A stretch of 64,000 nt of DNA from an archaeon. GTDB lineage: Archaea; Nanobdellota; Nanobdellia; Woesearchaeales; GW2011-AR9. Location of the stretch: positions 86,895 through 150,894 of the forward strand of contig JABHSG010000003.1 of NCBI GenBank assembly GCA_018697095.1, given 5' to 3'. The stretch's first letter is position 1; each line of letters begins with the position of its first letter. Both the position numbers and the translations under genes were made by a program. Below the pieces are notes generated by a model. That model did not search any database. It had not been told where the DNA came from and saw nothing but the letters and a program-made list of their open reading frames with translations. Positions 28,752 to 39,269 of the stretch are shown piece by piece.

Positions 28752-30557
28752 CTAAATTTCCTCATTATTTTCTAATTCTTTTTGTACTGCAAACGCCTTA
28801 AATGGATGCCCTTCTCCTTCAAAAAATAAACTAAAAAACTCTACGTAATGTAAACGTGCAGAGTGAATTGTGCATCCCAAAACATTAAGTGCAAAATTAA
28901 ATGTGTGCCCAAGTACAATCACAAGTAGCCATAATGCTACTCCGATCCACCCAAAACCAAGTGCTTTTTCAGCAACAATGTTCACTGCAAGAGCAACCCC
29001 TGCAGTAGCTAAACTAAGCGCAAGTAGCCGTGCATAACTAAACCAAACTCCAAAAAATCCAGTGATGTCCATTATTCCAAAAATCCCTTTGTCTTTTATC
29101 AAGGCAGCCAAAAGCAAAATCCCAAGTATAATTGCAAGCACATATTGTTTGAAAATAATCAAAATAACAGATAATTGCAATAAAAAGTAAGGTGCCCCTT
29201 TTAGAAATATTACAAATGCACTTCTGCGTTGTAAAATCAGTTGATACAAGTTCAAAACTAATCCAAGGTTAATGTGTATTAAACCAATAACTAGCGCAAT
29301 TTTAAGAATTGTAAATGACCCTTGGAAACTATCAATAAATAAGGGGTTTATGTGAATTAGGTTACCAAAAAAAGAACCAAACAAAGCACCAAATATAATA
29401 GAACTAATCGCACTGCTTCCAAGGATAACTGCCCCTTTTTTGAAAGTTTTTCCAAAATGTAAATACAGGCCTACAACTCCAAGTAATAGTAAAAGTCCAT
29501 AACCAATATCGCTTAACATAAAACCAAAAAAGAAAGGAAAAAAGAAAGTAACAAGTACAGTTGGATCCACCATCCCGTATGTTGGTGTCCCAAACATTTT
29601 AGTTACAAGTTCAAAATTTTTACTAAAAGATGAATTTTCTAATTTTGTAGGAGCTCCTTTTTTAGCAACTTTAACATAAATACTAGTATCTGGAAGGGAG
29701 TCCTTTATCCTATTAACATCCTTTCCCTCGCAGTAACCACTTACTGCAAAAAAGTTTTTAGATTTTGCAAAAAATCGAGTAATATTGTACTGTTCCCTAT
29801 AATTCAAAAGTGAAGCAATCAAAAATTTAATTTTACTTTGTTTCCCATTAATAATTCTGAACAATCGTTTATCAACTTCATCTAATTCTTCAGTAAGTTT
29901 TTGTGTCACATCCTTAAAACGAATCAGTTCTTGAGAGCTCCCACCTTTCAAAAATTTCAAATCAACGATTTTAATTTGACTTTTCTTAATTACCTCAAGT
30001 GCCAGAGCTAAGTTTTTACTTGCAATCTGAACATGATAATAGTACCTTTTAGAATTCTCTCCTTTAACTATTACTTTTTCTATAAACAGCTTCCCTAATT
30101 TCCTGATTTTTTTAGCAGAAGAAAGAACCAACTTATTATTATTTTGAATGTCAGCGTGACTAACGCAAAAAGGTAATGAAGAAAGTATTCTTAATTGCGC
30201 CCCATACCTGGCCTTTTTTGAGGAAGTTTCTTTTTTGCGTGAAACAACCCCTCTTACCTTTTCTAAATGAATATCTATGAATTTTTTTGCTTGTTTCAAT
30301 ACTTTTTCTGCAGGAGGCAAACCTTCCAAGTAAAAAGTATTGTCAACCCCAGTTTCTTTTGCAACGTACTGTAATTTCAAAAGCATTTTACTGATTTCAT
30401 CAACATTTGGCAAACTTTCATCAGGTTGCATCTGTTTTTGATCAACATCGGCTTTTACTACGTGCATTGCTCCAAGGTGCTGCAAAGAATTAATTGTATC
30501 AATTTTATCCTCTTGCTTTGCAAAAACAAGTAATTTGTAGAGTTTTTTTGTTCGCAT
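28752..30557 (-). CDS. atpI: A/V-type ATP synthase subunit I/a
   Basis: FGFMLSDIGYG, SYARLLAL, RLHYVEFF. Confidence 0.95.
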   Translation of the reverse strand: MRTKKLYKLLVFAKQEDKIDTINSLQHLGAMHVVKADVDQKQMQPDESLPNVDEISKMLLKLQYVAKETGVDNTFYLEGLPPAEKVLKQAKKFIDIHLEKVRGVVSRKKETSSKKARYGAQLRILSSLPFCVSHADIQNNNKLVLSSAKKIRKLGKLFIEKVIVKGENSKRYYYHVQIASKNLALALEVIKKSQIKIVDLKFLKGGSSQELIRFKDVTQKLTEELDEVDKRLFRIINGKQSKIKFLIASLLNYREQYNITRFFAKSKNFFAVSGYCEGKDVNRIKDSLPDTSIYVKVAKKGAPTKLENSSFSKNFELVTKMFGTPTYGMVDPTVLVTFFFPFFFGFMLSDIGYGLLLLLGVVGLYLHFGKTFKKGAVILGSSAISSIIFGALFGSFFGNLIHINPLFIDSFQGSFTILKIALVIGLIHINLGLVLNLYQLILQRRSAFVIFLKGAPYFLLQLSVILIIFKQYVLAIILGILLLAALIKDKGIFGIMDITGFFGVWFSYARLLALSLATAGVALAVNIVAEKALGFGWIGVALWLLVIVLGHTFNFALNVLGCTIHSARLHYVEFFSLFFEGEGHPFKAFAVQKELENNEEI

Positions 30558-30597
30558 CGAAAATATCTTCTTTCAACATTTTAAAATCCCAAAAATT

Positions 30598-30972
30598 TTA
30601 ATTTGAAAAAGAAACCTCCTTAATTAATGTCTGACAAAGCTCTTTAGCAAGTTTTCTAGTATCGTTATTTAGCATTTCAACTTTTTTAACGTGCTTTTTC
30701 CCATTAGTCAGAATCAGTTCTGCCCTAGAATCACTCTCGGATTTGGCCAAGTCAAGTTTTTCCTTTGCATTTTTTTTTGCTAAAGAGACAATCTTAAAAT
30801 GAGTTTTTTGCGCAGCCTTATCTGCAAGTAGAATCTTATTTTCAGCTTCAAGCGCCGCTTTAGCAAGTTTACTCTCCCATTTAGCTTCTTGGGAAAGCAC
30901 ATCTCGCGCCCCTCTCTCTAACATATCAATCCCAACTGTCCAACCCCCCTTTAAAAAGCTTACGCCAAGCAA
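30598..30972 (-). CDS. atpH: A/V-type ATP synthase subunit H/G (start uncertain)
   Basis: First gene of the operon; Ala/Lys/Glu-rich helix. Confidence 0.6.
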   Translation of the reverse strand: MLGVSFLKGGWTVGIDMLERGARDVLSQEAKWESKLAKAALEAENKILLADKAAQKTHFKIVSLAKKNAKEKLDLAKSESDSRAELILTNGKKHVKKVEMLNNDTRKLAKELCQTLIKEVSFSN

Positions 30973-31095
30973 GGGAGATATAGAATTATTTTACTAGAGG
31001 TTTAGATACTATTAAATACGTAAAAAGAACAATTTAGCTATACACGCGAGGGTCAATCCCCAAAATAAAACAAAAATAATTGAGGTGTGTAAAAG

Positions 31096-32271
31096 ATGGA
31101 TAAAAATAACAGAATAAACAATTTTTTAATAGCAATTGTTGCAGTGGTAGCAGTTGTTGGACTAATCTTAAATTTTGGAGGAATTGACTTACCTTTAGGT
31201 GATGGTGATTCTGCAATAGCTGGAGAAGCCTTCAGAACAGCCAGTCATTCTAAACTAAATATTAAATCAGAAGCATCAAAAACAAGTTCAGTAGAAGAAT
31301 TCACTTACTCCATGACAATTTTTATAGAACCAAGTTTAACTAGCAATGTACTAAAAAGAGCCACTTTTAACAACCTTGAGTCTGCAAGCGTTGGAGAAGT
31401 AGGTACTACTTTATATTTTGAAGATGGATCTAGTCAGATATTGCCAGGTGATCACGCTTTGTCTTCTTTAACTGCAACTGAAGCTAAAGCAGTATTTGAT
31501 AATTTTGTTGAAGCTAAAGATAGTTTTCTTAAATTAAATCGTGTTACAAAAATGGTGGAGTCAGGCCCAGATGGCCAAATGATCTTCTCAGAGGCATTTA
31601 CAAACCAATTTTCAGATATTTTAGGTGCAAATGGCTGGCCCAACTTAGCTGATACAGCCAACCTTAATTCTTTAATTGGTGAGGCATATGGTACAGGATA
31701 TGGTAATAGTATAATGACAACCCTTCCAAGTTACATGACTGATGTTGATTCCATGATCTCTGACATGTTTGCAAGGTCAGCCGTAGGAATAGGCGGCGGC
31801 AACGGTTATATTAATGGGAAAGTTTCTAATGGAGATTATACTCAATGGGTTAGTACTGATAGTAATGGAAATATTGTCGGCGGAACAGACACTATTTTGC
31901 ACGAAGATGGATCAACTAGTAGTTCTTCTTGGACAGATAAAAATGGGAATGGCAAATATGACCCTGGAGAAGATGATGAGAAAAGTGCTTGGGACAAATT
32001 TGTAGATTGGTTAAGTGGTGAAGGGATCACTGCAGAATCAGAAGGCGGGATGATGTTTTCAAGTAGTGAATTCGATAATTTTATGGGGAGCTTAATGGAA
32101 GAAGCAATCGCTAGTCAAGCACAAGATCTAAGAGATAACTATGCAAGCTACATTAGTGGTTCAATGTCTAAGTCAGAATTCGAAACACAGTTTACAACAC
32201 AATTGAATAATTATGCGTTCGAGCAAGGTGTTAGTCAGAACTTTAATTTCAATCAAGTGAGTATCCGCTAG
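31096..32271 (+). CDS. membrane-anchored secreted acidic protein
   Basis: GAGGTG SD; N-terminal IAIVAVVAVVGLIL helix then AGEAFR; DKNGNGKYD EF-hand-like loop. Confidence 0.7.
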   Translation: MDKNNRINNFLIAIVAVVAVVGLILNFGGIDLPLGDGDSAIAGEAFRTASHSKLNIKSEASKTSSVEEFTYSMTIFIEPSLTSNVLKRATFNNLESASVGEVGTTLYFEDGSSQILPGDHALSSLTATEAKAVFDNFVEAKDSFLKLNRVTKMVESGPDGQMIFSEAFTNQFSDILGANGWPNLADTANLNSLIGEAYGTGYGNSIMTTLPSYMTDVDSMISDMFARSAVGIGGGNGYINGKVSNGDYTQWVSTDSNGNIVGGTDTILHEDGSTSSSSWTDKNGNGKYDPGEDDEKSAWDKFVDWLSGEGITAESEGGMMFSSSEFDNFMGSLMEEAIASQAQDLRDNYASYISGSMSKSEFETQFTTQLNNYAFEQGVSQNFNFNQVSIR

Positions 32272-32287
32272 AAAAAACTTTATTTTT

Positions 32288-34432
32288 TTATTTTTTTACT
32301 TTCTTTTCAACTAACTTAGCTTTCTTAATTATCATCTTTCCGCTACATGAAGAATCCATTACTGTTTCACCCTCCAAGATTTCAATCCTACCAAAAGAAA
32401 ACAGTGGCCCATCAAGTACTAAACTCTCAAATTCTCCACCTTCTCCAGCAACATTTATCCCAGGCATCACTGATAAATCAGAAATTAAAGAATCATCAAC
32501 TACCCTACCTAAAAAAGACGAATTCAATCCATCACCAGCAACTGCAACTAGTATTGCATTAAACCCACTATTAACAACTTCGCGCATGTGAACATCTTGT
32601 GGTTTATGCCAAAGTGGGTTAAAAACCTTAATTCCAATCTCATCGCAAATTTTCTCGATTCTATCACGTTGATAATTACTAAATAGTGCACCAGTCACAA
32701 TCCCATTAATCCCATGTTCTTTAACTGCAAGCTCAATAGCTTTTTTCAAATCGAGTAACTCTTCTTCTTTAACTCCTAGGCAATCATAAACTAGTAATGG
32801 CAAACCCATAGCCTTTGCCTGCAAATCAATAATTTCGCTGCCGGCACTTTGAAACATATAAGAATCTAAATTTTTACTTTGAATATAAATCAAACAAGAG
32901 ATCAAATAATTTTGCTCTTTCATAATCCAAGCAGCACTAGCTGAATCTTTACCACCACTAAATAAAACTCCTAATTTCAAATTATGTCTAGGATAAAAAT
33001 CACTCAAGTAATTACTAACGCGTTTAAAACCAGCATTGCGTGACAATTTCTGGATTCCATGATGGATTCTTGACCCGTACTGTGCAGCCTTTTTACCTCG
33101 AAGTGCAAACTCGAAGGGCATCCCACTTTCAAGTGCAATTTGCCTAAATATCCATTTACTAACTAATACTTTCTCTCCATCTGCCTTTCCTACTTCTTCA
33201 ACAATTTTATACTTAGAAGGGATCTTCAAACAATATTCAACTAGATTATGATCTAAAAATGGAACTCGCAATTCTAAATTATTCTCCATTGTCAAAACAT
33301 CATCACGATACAAATCTCGCTCATACATTTTACGGAGCCCAGATAGACATTCTTTATTCACATCAGTACTATTCAGGTGCCGATTATATCCTGCATATAT
33401 CTCCTCGCTACCAAGCCCAGAAAAAATAACTTTGCACCCATCACTTGCAGCTTTTTCACTAGCTATAAAAAAAGTAGTTGCAACTCCAACTTTCACAACA
33501 TTATTATCTTCAATAAGCGGAACTACCTTTTTCAAATATCTTTCAACATCATCCAATCCAATTTGCACAATTTCTAATTTAAGCCCTAACTTTTCAGCAG
33601 CGAGTTTAGACATTACTAAGTCTTCAGGCTCTTTTGTATGCATCGGGTCATCAATTGCCGCAGTATAACAAGTAAAATCTACTCCAAGTTCCAATAATCT
33701 AATAGCGATGTATGTGGAATCAACACCACCAGAAAACAAAAGACCAATTTTCACTCCAGTAGGAACACGTTTTAAAATAGCATTATCAAGTAAAGATTTA
33801 ACTTCATCTTTCAAAACACCAATTTCTAAAGAACTTTCAGGTAAAATATCGAAAAAACCCCTTACTCCTTTAGAAAATTTATTTTCTTCAATTTCATATA
33901 CTAAATGATGACGGGGGTTTAATTCCTTCACATCAATATAGTCCATGGCTTCAAGAGCTTTTTTTTCAGATGCAAATGCAAACCCTGAATCATCATAAAA
34001 ATAAAAAAGTGGTTTTACACCAATAATATCGCGTGCTAAAAAAACTCTGCCTGCACGTAAATAAGCAAATGCAAATACTCCATCAAGTTCCTTAAGTCTT
34101 GAAGAAATATCTTCAAAAGCGAGTGAATCTAAATATGCAAGTAAAACTTCAGCATCATTTTCTCCCAAAAGATTATATTTCAAAGCTAATTCTTTCCAAT
34201 TATAGATTTCGCAATTTGCAACCAAGACACTTTTTCCATCAAGTGATTTTATTGGTTGAGGAACATGACCTACAATCGCGTGCAAACAGTGACCAATGGC
34301 ATAACTCTTATTTTCACTACTCTCATCATAAATTCCTTTAGCATCAAGACCACGATTAGATAGTACTGATAGAGCCATAGCTACTTGCTCCTTAGCATTT
34401 TTATCATGAAAAACTCCAGTTATTCCGCACAT
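32288..34432 (-). CDS. asparagine synthetase B-like (Ntn-GATase plus synthetase) fused to a diphthine-ammonia ligase (Dph6) domain
   Basis: MCGITG, SGGVDS, RVPFLD; second PP-loop SGGKDS, SYMFQ, GEGGEFES. Confidence 0.88.
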   Translation of the reverse strand: MCGITGVFHDKNAKEQVAMALSVLSNRGLDAKGIYDESSENKSYAIGHCLHAIVGHVPQPIKSLDGKSVLVANCEIYNWKELALKYNLLGENDAEVLLAYLDSLAFEDISSRLKELDGVFAFAYLRAGRVFLARDIIGVKPLFYFYDDSGFAFASEKKALEAMDYIDVKELNPRHHLVYEIEENKFSKGVRGFFDILPESSLEIGVLKDEVKSLLDNAILKRVPTGVKIGLLFSGGVDSTYIAIRLLELGVDFTCYTAAIDDPMHTKEPEDLVMSKLAAEKLGLKLEIVQIGLDDVERYLKKVVPLIEDNNVVKVGVATTFFIASEKAASDGCKVIFSGLGSEEIYAGYNRHLNSTDVNKECLSGLRKMYERDLYRDDVLTMENNLELRVPFLDHNLVEYCLKIPSKYKIVEEVGKADGEKVLVSKWIFRQIALESGMPFEFALRGKKAAQYGSRIHHGIQKLSRNAGFKRVSNYLSDFYPRHNLKLGVLFSGGKDSASAAWIMKEQNYLISCLIYIQSKNLDSYMFQSAGSEIIDLQAKAMGLPLLVYDCLGVKEEELLDLKKAIELAVKEHGINGIVTGALFSNYQRDRIEKICDEIGIKVFNPLWHKPQDVHMREVVNSGFNAILVAVAGDGLNSSFLGRVVDDSLISDLSVMPGINVAGEGGEFESLVLDGPLFSFGRIEILEGETVMDSSCSGKMIIKKAKLVEKKVKK

Positions 34433-34482
34433 AAGTTCTAATTTACCTCTATTTTTATAAAACTACATCTTACTAATCAACC

Positions 34483-34941
34483 ATGCCAACATACCCAGAA
34501 TCAAATGACGAATTTTTAATCAAAGAAAGTTTCAAATGCACTTCTTGTGGAGAATGTTGCCGCCCAATTGTTGTAGTTTCAGAAGACGACATAAAAAAAA
34601 TAGAGTTAACAGGATTAAAGCGCCAGAATTTCATTTCTCATGACTTCACTCAAAAGGACATAAATTTTCAAAAACTTTTGAACGAAGTGAACAAAGGCTT
34701 AGAAATTCTTCCAGAATTTCAAATAACACTAGTGCAAGAGAACGGAGTATGTATTTTTCTAAAAAAAGATCAAAATAAAAAAGATCAAGGCCACCAAGGA
34801 AAATTCATTTGTTCAATTTACAATCACCGCCCAGCAACCTGTAAAAATTATCCATTCATACAAAAAAGCAAAAAATTAACAGACTGTAGGCCACCAAGAT
34901 GGAAATATTGGGCGCCCCTAAAAATTCTAGTCAGAAAATGA
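34483..34941 (+). CDS. YkgJ-family cysteine-cluster protein
   Basis: CTSCGECC, CIFL, CSIYNHRPATCKNYPF. Confidence 0.9.
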   Translation: MPTYPESNDEFLIKESFKCTSCGECCRPIVVVSEDDIKKIELTGLKRQNFISHDFTQKDINFQKLLNEVNKGLEILPEFQITLVQENGVCIFLKKDQNKKDQGHQGKFICSIYNHRPATCKNYPFIQKSKKLTDCRPPRWKYWAPLKILVRK

Positions 34942-34974
34942 TCACAAACAAACAGAAATAAAGTGACAATAAAT

Positions 34975-36072
34975 TCAATGAATATGTAGTTCTAAAATAT
35001 CTCCATCTTTTAGAACGTGATGGAGCATCAGTCTTTGACCAGCAAATTTAGCACTAGGCCCCCAAACCCTTGCAAATTTAAATTTCTTCACAAAATCCTT
35101 ATGTAACTTATGGCAAACTCCCCGAATAGACGAATCCCGTGTAATTATCAACGGAATTTCCATGTCTGCATCTTTTCGAGGTTCCTTCATGTAAATACGC
35201 ATAAAATCCAAATGCTCAAACACCAAATCTTTTAATTTTTCAATATTCCACCCAGTATGTGCACTAATAGCGATGTCTGCATGAACTCTTTTCATAATTT
35301 TTTTTAATTCAACTTTAGTCACTAAATCTGCTTTAGTAACACAAACAACAGAAGGCAAATATTTTTTATTTCCTTCAATTACATCGATGAAATCATCTAC
35401 ATCAACTTTAGAACGAATCAAAACATCAGCGTTATTAACTCTAAACTGTCGAAGGATTCTTTTTAATGTATCATCATCAACATCTAATGGGACGGTTTTA
35501 CCAATTTGAATTCCACCACGTCCTTTTTTAGTAATCCACACATCTGGTTTACGTTTATTCATTCGAATATGCGCTTCTCTGGCTTCTTTAACAACTGCCT
35601 CGTACTGTTGAGGTTGTGTAGCATCAACAACTAAAAGTATCATATCAGCATTTCGAATTACAGTTAATACTTCTCTACCTCTTCCTTTTCCAGAGGCTGC
35701 TCCAGATACAATCCCTGGAACATCTAAGATTTGAATTTTTGCTTGTTTGTGTTCCATCATCCCAGGTTCAACTGTGAGTGTTGTAAATGCGTAGGAGCCA
35801 ACTTCTGACCCTGCCCCTGTAAGTTTGTTCAAGAGAGTAGATTTTCCAGTAGAAGGGAACCCAAGCAAAATAACTGATCCATCTCCTGATTTACGCACGG
35901 TAAACCCATAGTCACTTTGCCCAGTTTTTTGTGCTGATCTTTGAGCTGAAGCATCCTTTAACTGGGCAATTTTTGCCTTTAAAATACCAATATGGCCCTG
36001 AGTAGCTTTATTGTATTTGGTCTTCTTGATCTCTTCTTCAAGCGCCTTTATCTTATCATCATATTTTCCCAA
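34975..36072 (-). CDS. DRG/OBG-family GTPase with TGS domain
   Basis: GFPSTGKS, YAFTT, DVPG, C-terminal ARVWGPSAKF. Confidence 0.94.
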   Translation of the reverse strand: MGKYDDKIKALEEEIKKTKYNKATQGHIGILKAKIAQLKDASAQRSAQKTGQSDYGFTVRKSGDGSVILLGFPSTGKSTLLNKLTGAGSEVGSYAFTTLTVEPGMMEHKQAKIQILDVPGIVSGAASGKGRGREVLTVIRNADMILLVVDATQPQQYEAVVKEAREAHIRMNKRKPDVWITKKGRGGIQIGKTVPLDVDDDTLKRILRQFRVNNADVLIRSKVDVDDFIDVIEGNKKYLPSVVCVTKADLVTKVELKKIMKRVHADIAISAHTGWNIEKLKDLVFEHLDFMRIYMKEPRKDADMEIPLIITRDSSIRGVCHKLHKDFVKKFKFARVWGPSAKFAGQRLMLHHVLKDGDILELHIH

Positions 36073-36281
36073 AGTAATACCTGTCTTTATTCAGAAAACA
36101 CCCTTTCTTAAACTTTTGTAAGCATTTAAAGCAAGTCCAAAAAAATTAAGCATAGAAATTAAAACAAACAATGCCTATCCAAAAAAGGAAACTCTAGTCT
36201 TAATGATCACTAATATAGAACAAACATCCATTTTCCTTTAATACTAATTCTCTTAAGCCTTATTATCAAGAGGTGATATTT

Positions 36282-36458
36282 ATGTCTGAAAATAAAATAG
36301 TCAATTGTAATAAATTCAATCAGCTTCCCAAAAATATTTTAACACCTAGTATGCAAAACAAACAGATTTCACTAATTCAATCAAATAAAAATCCATTTGC
36401 AAAGAAAATAAACATTATAGAACACCCTCGTACAATCCATCATTTAGATTTTTTTTAA
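36282..36458 (+). CDS. small hypothetical protein
   Basis: GAGGTGA SD directly upstream of ATG 36282. Confidence 0.35.
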   Translation: MSENKIVNCNKFNQLPKNILTPSMQNKQISLIQSNKNPFAKKINIIEHPRTIHHLDFF

Positions 36459-36518
36459 TATAATAAGGTGCATTGTCAAAACTAAAATGTTATAAAGCAT
36501 TTTTGCTTTCTTCTTGTC

Positions 36519-37919
36519 ATGGATGTTATAACAATCACGCTTCTATTTGTCGGTTTGATCCTTTTCTTTGGTTCTTTCGCAGAATTCATTTTCAAGCGGT
36601 TTGGCATACCTGATGTACTCTTTTTGATAATTTTAGGTTTTATCATCGGCCCATCAGCACTTGGTTATGTTTCTCCAACTGACCTTCAAATAATTGCCCC
36701 GATATTCACAACATTCACATTAGTATTTTTACTTTTTGATGGTGCTTTTAATATTAATTTAGCTTCTTTAATAAAAGAATTCACAGATTCAATAGTCCTT
36801 ACTGGCTGGAATTTTTTCATCTCAACAATTGTCGTAACTTCAATAATGTTACTTTTTGGTTTTGATTGGAAGCTGTCTTTACTCGCTGGCTTTACTTTAG
36901 GTGGGGTATCATCATCCTTTGTAATTCCTGTTTTAAAGCAAATGAACCTTTCTCCCAAAATATTTTCTCTACTCACACTTGAATCAGCTTTAACTGATGT
37001 GTTCTCTATTGTTTTTTCTCTTGCAGTAATTCAATTTATGCAGTTAGGAGACTTTGGTTTGCAATCAACCTTCACCCAAATAGTGGCGCTTTTTGCAGTT
37101 GGTGCAGCAATGGGGATAGTTGCAGGAGTATTGTGGTTTATCCTTGTTGTAAAAGTTTTCAAAGAACATAATTATATGTTAACAATTGCTTACCTTTTGG
37201 TAATTTTTGTTGTAACTGAATTTTTACAAGGAAGTGGAGCAATAGCAGCTTTATTTTTTGGCCTAGTATTAAACAATTCTAGAAAAATTTCTTCGATTTT
37301 AAGGGGGATCACTTCAACTGATGCTGTAAAAAAAGAAATGGCTATCAAAGGAGATCTAGGAATATCAATTACTACTAGAAATGAGGAATTTTTTTACAAT
37401 CAAATCTCGTTTTTCCTAAAAACATTCTTCTTTGTTTATATTGGGATTCTAATTGACATAAGAGATACAAAAATATTAATCATTGGTATTTTAATCAGTG
37501 TCGCAGTGATGCTTTCAAGGAGGTCTTCAATCATTCTTAAAAAAATAGTAGGTCAAGAACATAAAGGCATAATCGATAGTATGTTTGCACGTGGCCTTGC
37601 AGCAGCAGCAATTGCTCAAATTGCTGTACAAAGTGAATTACCTGGAGCAAAAGAATTAGCTTCAATTGCTTATGTGGTAATCACAGGGACCATTATCTTA
37701 GCTTCAGCAAACATTTTCATTGATAGATGGCGTGCTCCAAAAACACAAAAAAAAGAAGACATAAAAAAAAACCCTATTCAAAAAAGAATTGAAGCGACAA
37801 ATCAAGCAATAAAAATAAAAAAACAAGAAATAACTAAAAAAAGTAAACGAAAAAAATCAAGGGCAAGCAAAAAAGTAATAAAAAAAGTAAACAAAAAAAC
37901 TTCAAAAACCAAAAGATAG
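36519..37919 (+). CDS. CPA1/NhaP-type cation:proton antiporter with Lys-rich tail
   Basis: About 13 TM; LESALTD and ARGLAAA motifs. Confidence 0.9.
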   Translation: MDVITITLLFVGLILFFGSFAEFIFKRFGIPDVLFLIILGFIIGPSALGYVSPTDLQIIAPIFTTFTLVFLLFDGAFNINLASLIKEFTDSIVLTGWNFFISTIVVTSIMLLFGFDWKLSLLAGFTLGGVSSSFVIPVLKQMNLSPKIFSLLTLESALTDVFSIVFSLAVIQFMQLGDFGLQSTFTQIVALFAVGAAMGIVAGVLWFILVVKVFKEHNYMLTIAYLLVIFVVTEFLQGSGAIAALFFGLVLNNSRKISSILRGITSTDAVKKEMAIKGDLGISITTRNEEFFYNQISFFLKTFFFVYIGILIDIRDTKILIIGILISVAVMLSRRSSIILKKIVGQEHKGIIDSMFARGLAAAAIAQIAVQSELPGAKELASIAYVVITGTIILASANIFIDRWRAPKTQKKEDIKKNPIQKRIEATNQAIKIKKQEITKKSKRKKSRASKKVIKKVNKKTSKTKR

Positions 37920-37926
37920 CAGCAAA

Positions 37927-38436
37927 ATGGGCATCCTAACAATTTTCACGTTTCTCATAGAAAAATTCATTGATGCAGTTGGTATTTTCGTTATTGGTTT
38001 TACTTTGGCAGTAATAATAAAAGGGTTTACTCGTAAAATTCTCCAATATGTCAAACTCAACAAATATGCTAATCTTGCTGGTATTACAATGGATTTAGAA
38101 ACAGATATTGCTAATATCTTATCTTATGCGTTATATGCATTAACTCTTTTATGGTTGGTTAAAACAATCCAAATCGCAAGGTTCACCCTTTTGATCATAA
38201 CTTTCATAACTGTTCTTTTGATAGGCTTCACTCTTATTTCGCATTCTAAGGACTTACCATTGAACCTTTTTGGATATTATAAACTAAGGAAAAACAAAAT
38301 CTTTCGTAAAGGAAAATTTATCCAAACAAAACAAATTGATGGAGCAGTAGTAAAAACAAGTCTGACTCAGACAATCATTAAAACAAAAAATGGAGATATT
38401 TTCTATGTTCCAAATTATGCATTTTTTGGAAAATAA
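37927..38436 (+). CDS. minimal MscS-like mechanosensitive channel protein
   Basis: 3 TM followed by a beta domain ending IFYVPN. Confidence 0.7.
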   Translation: MGILTIFTFLIEKFIDAVGIFVIGFTLAVIIKGFTRKILQYVKLNKYANLAGITMDLETDIANILSYALYALTLLWLVKTIQIARFTLLIITFITVLLIGFTLISHSKDLPLNLFGYYKLRKNKIFRKGKFIQTKQIDGAVVKTSLTQTIIKTKNGDIFYVPNYAFFGK

Positions 38437-38478
38437 CTTATTTATTACAACTACGTTGCTTAATTTAATCTAGAAATA

Positions 38479-38730
38479 TTAAGCAAAACTTTCAAGAAAA
38501 CTAATTAATTCCCAAACCTGGGATCTCAAATGTGATGGCATTCCTTGCAGATCTAATTCTTCAAGAGCGTGTACTCCTTTTTGAACTCTCAATTCTAAGT
38601 CTCCTTTGAGTAAAGTAGAAATTGCAGTTAGTCCTTCGCCAAGTTTTTTACTGCAGTCTTGGTCTTCTTTAAGAATTTCAATAAGTTCCAAAGCCTCTGC
38701 AATTTGATTTTCCATGTTATATTCTACCAA
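38479..38730 (-). CDS. UPF0147-family protein
   Basis: MPSHLRSQVWELISFLES motif; start may be ATG 38715. Confidence 0.75.
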   Translation of the reverse strand: MVEYNMENQIAEALELIEILKEDQDCSKKLGEGLTAISTLLKGDLELRVQKGVHALEELDLQGMPSHLRSQVWELISFLESFA

Positions 38731-38736
38731 AAACCC

Positions 38737-39060
38737 TCAACTATGGTTTTTATTATCTTTTTTAACAAGTTCTTGCTGGATTAACGTCATTTTTTCACTA
38801 AGTTTTTTTTCCTGACTTTCGATAGTTTTTATTTTAAGTTCACTTATCTTCATTTTTTCTGCAAGTTCTTTTTTTGCAGTTTCAATATCTTGTGCGATCA
38901 TTAATTTTCCTACTAATTTGTAGCTAGTTTTGCTCTCATCAATGTCTTGTAGTGCAGATTTAACTTCAGTAAGAATTTCATGCTCTTCTAATTTTTGTGA
39001 TGATAAGTGACCCATATTTTGTTCAAGAAGTCTAAGTTGTGAAAAATCTGAATCTGTCAT
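38737..39060 (-). CDS. pfdB: prefoldin beta subunit
   Basis: Coiled coils flanking YKLVGKLMI hairpin; conserved context with rpoP and rpl37ae. Confidence 0.88.
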   Translation of the reverse strand: MTDSDFSQLRLLEQNMGHLSSQKLEEHEILTEVKSALQDIDESKTSYKLVGKLMIAQDIETAKKELAEKMKISELKIKTIESQEKKLSEKMTLIQQELVKKDNKNHS

Positions 39061-39110
39061 TTTATTTCCTATTAAAAAGCTAAATTAAAGTAAATACATT
39101 AAAAACGCAA

Positions 39111-39245
39111 TTAACGCGCTTTAACAGTTACTGTAACACTTCGTCCTTTATACAGAATTTTACTTCCACAGTACGGGCATCTAACTCTTGTTACTGTGTA
39201 ACTTTGGTCAACATCTTTTCCACAATCAAAACAAGTATAATTCAT
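39111..39245 (-). CDS. rpoP: RNA polymerase subunit Rpo12/P (not in ORF track)
   Basis: Manual translation MNYTCFDCGKDVDQSYTVTRVRCPYCGSKILYKGRSVTVTVKAR; AGGAG SD; follows rpl37ae. Confidence 0.93.
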   Translation of the reverse strand: MNYTCFDCGKDVDQSYTVTRVRCPYCGSKILYKGRSVTVTVKAR

Positions 39246-39269
39246 TTTCTAAATATCTCCTTTAACGGC

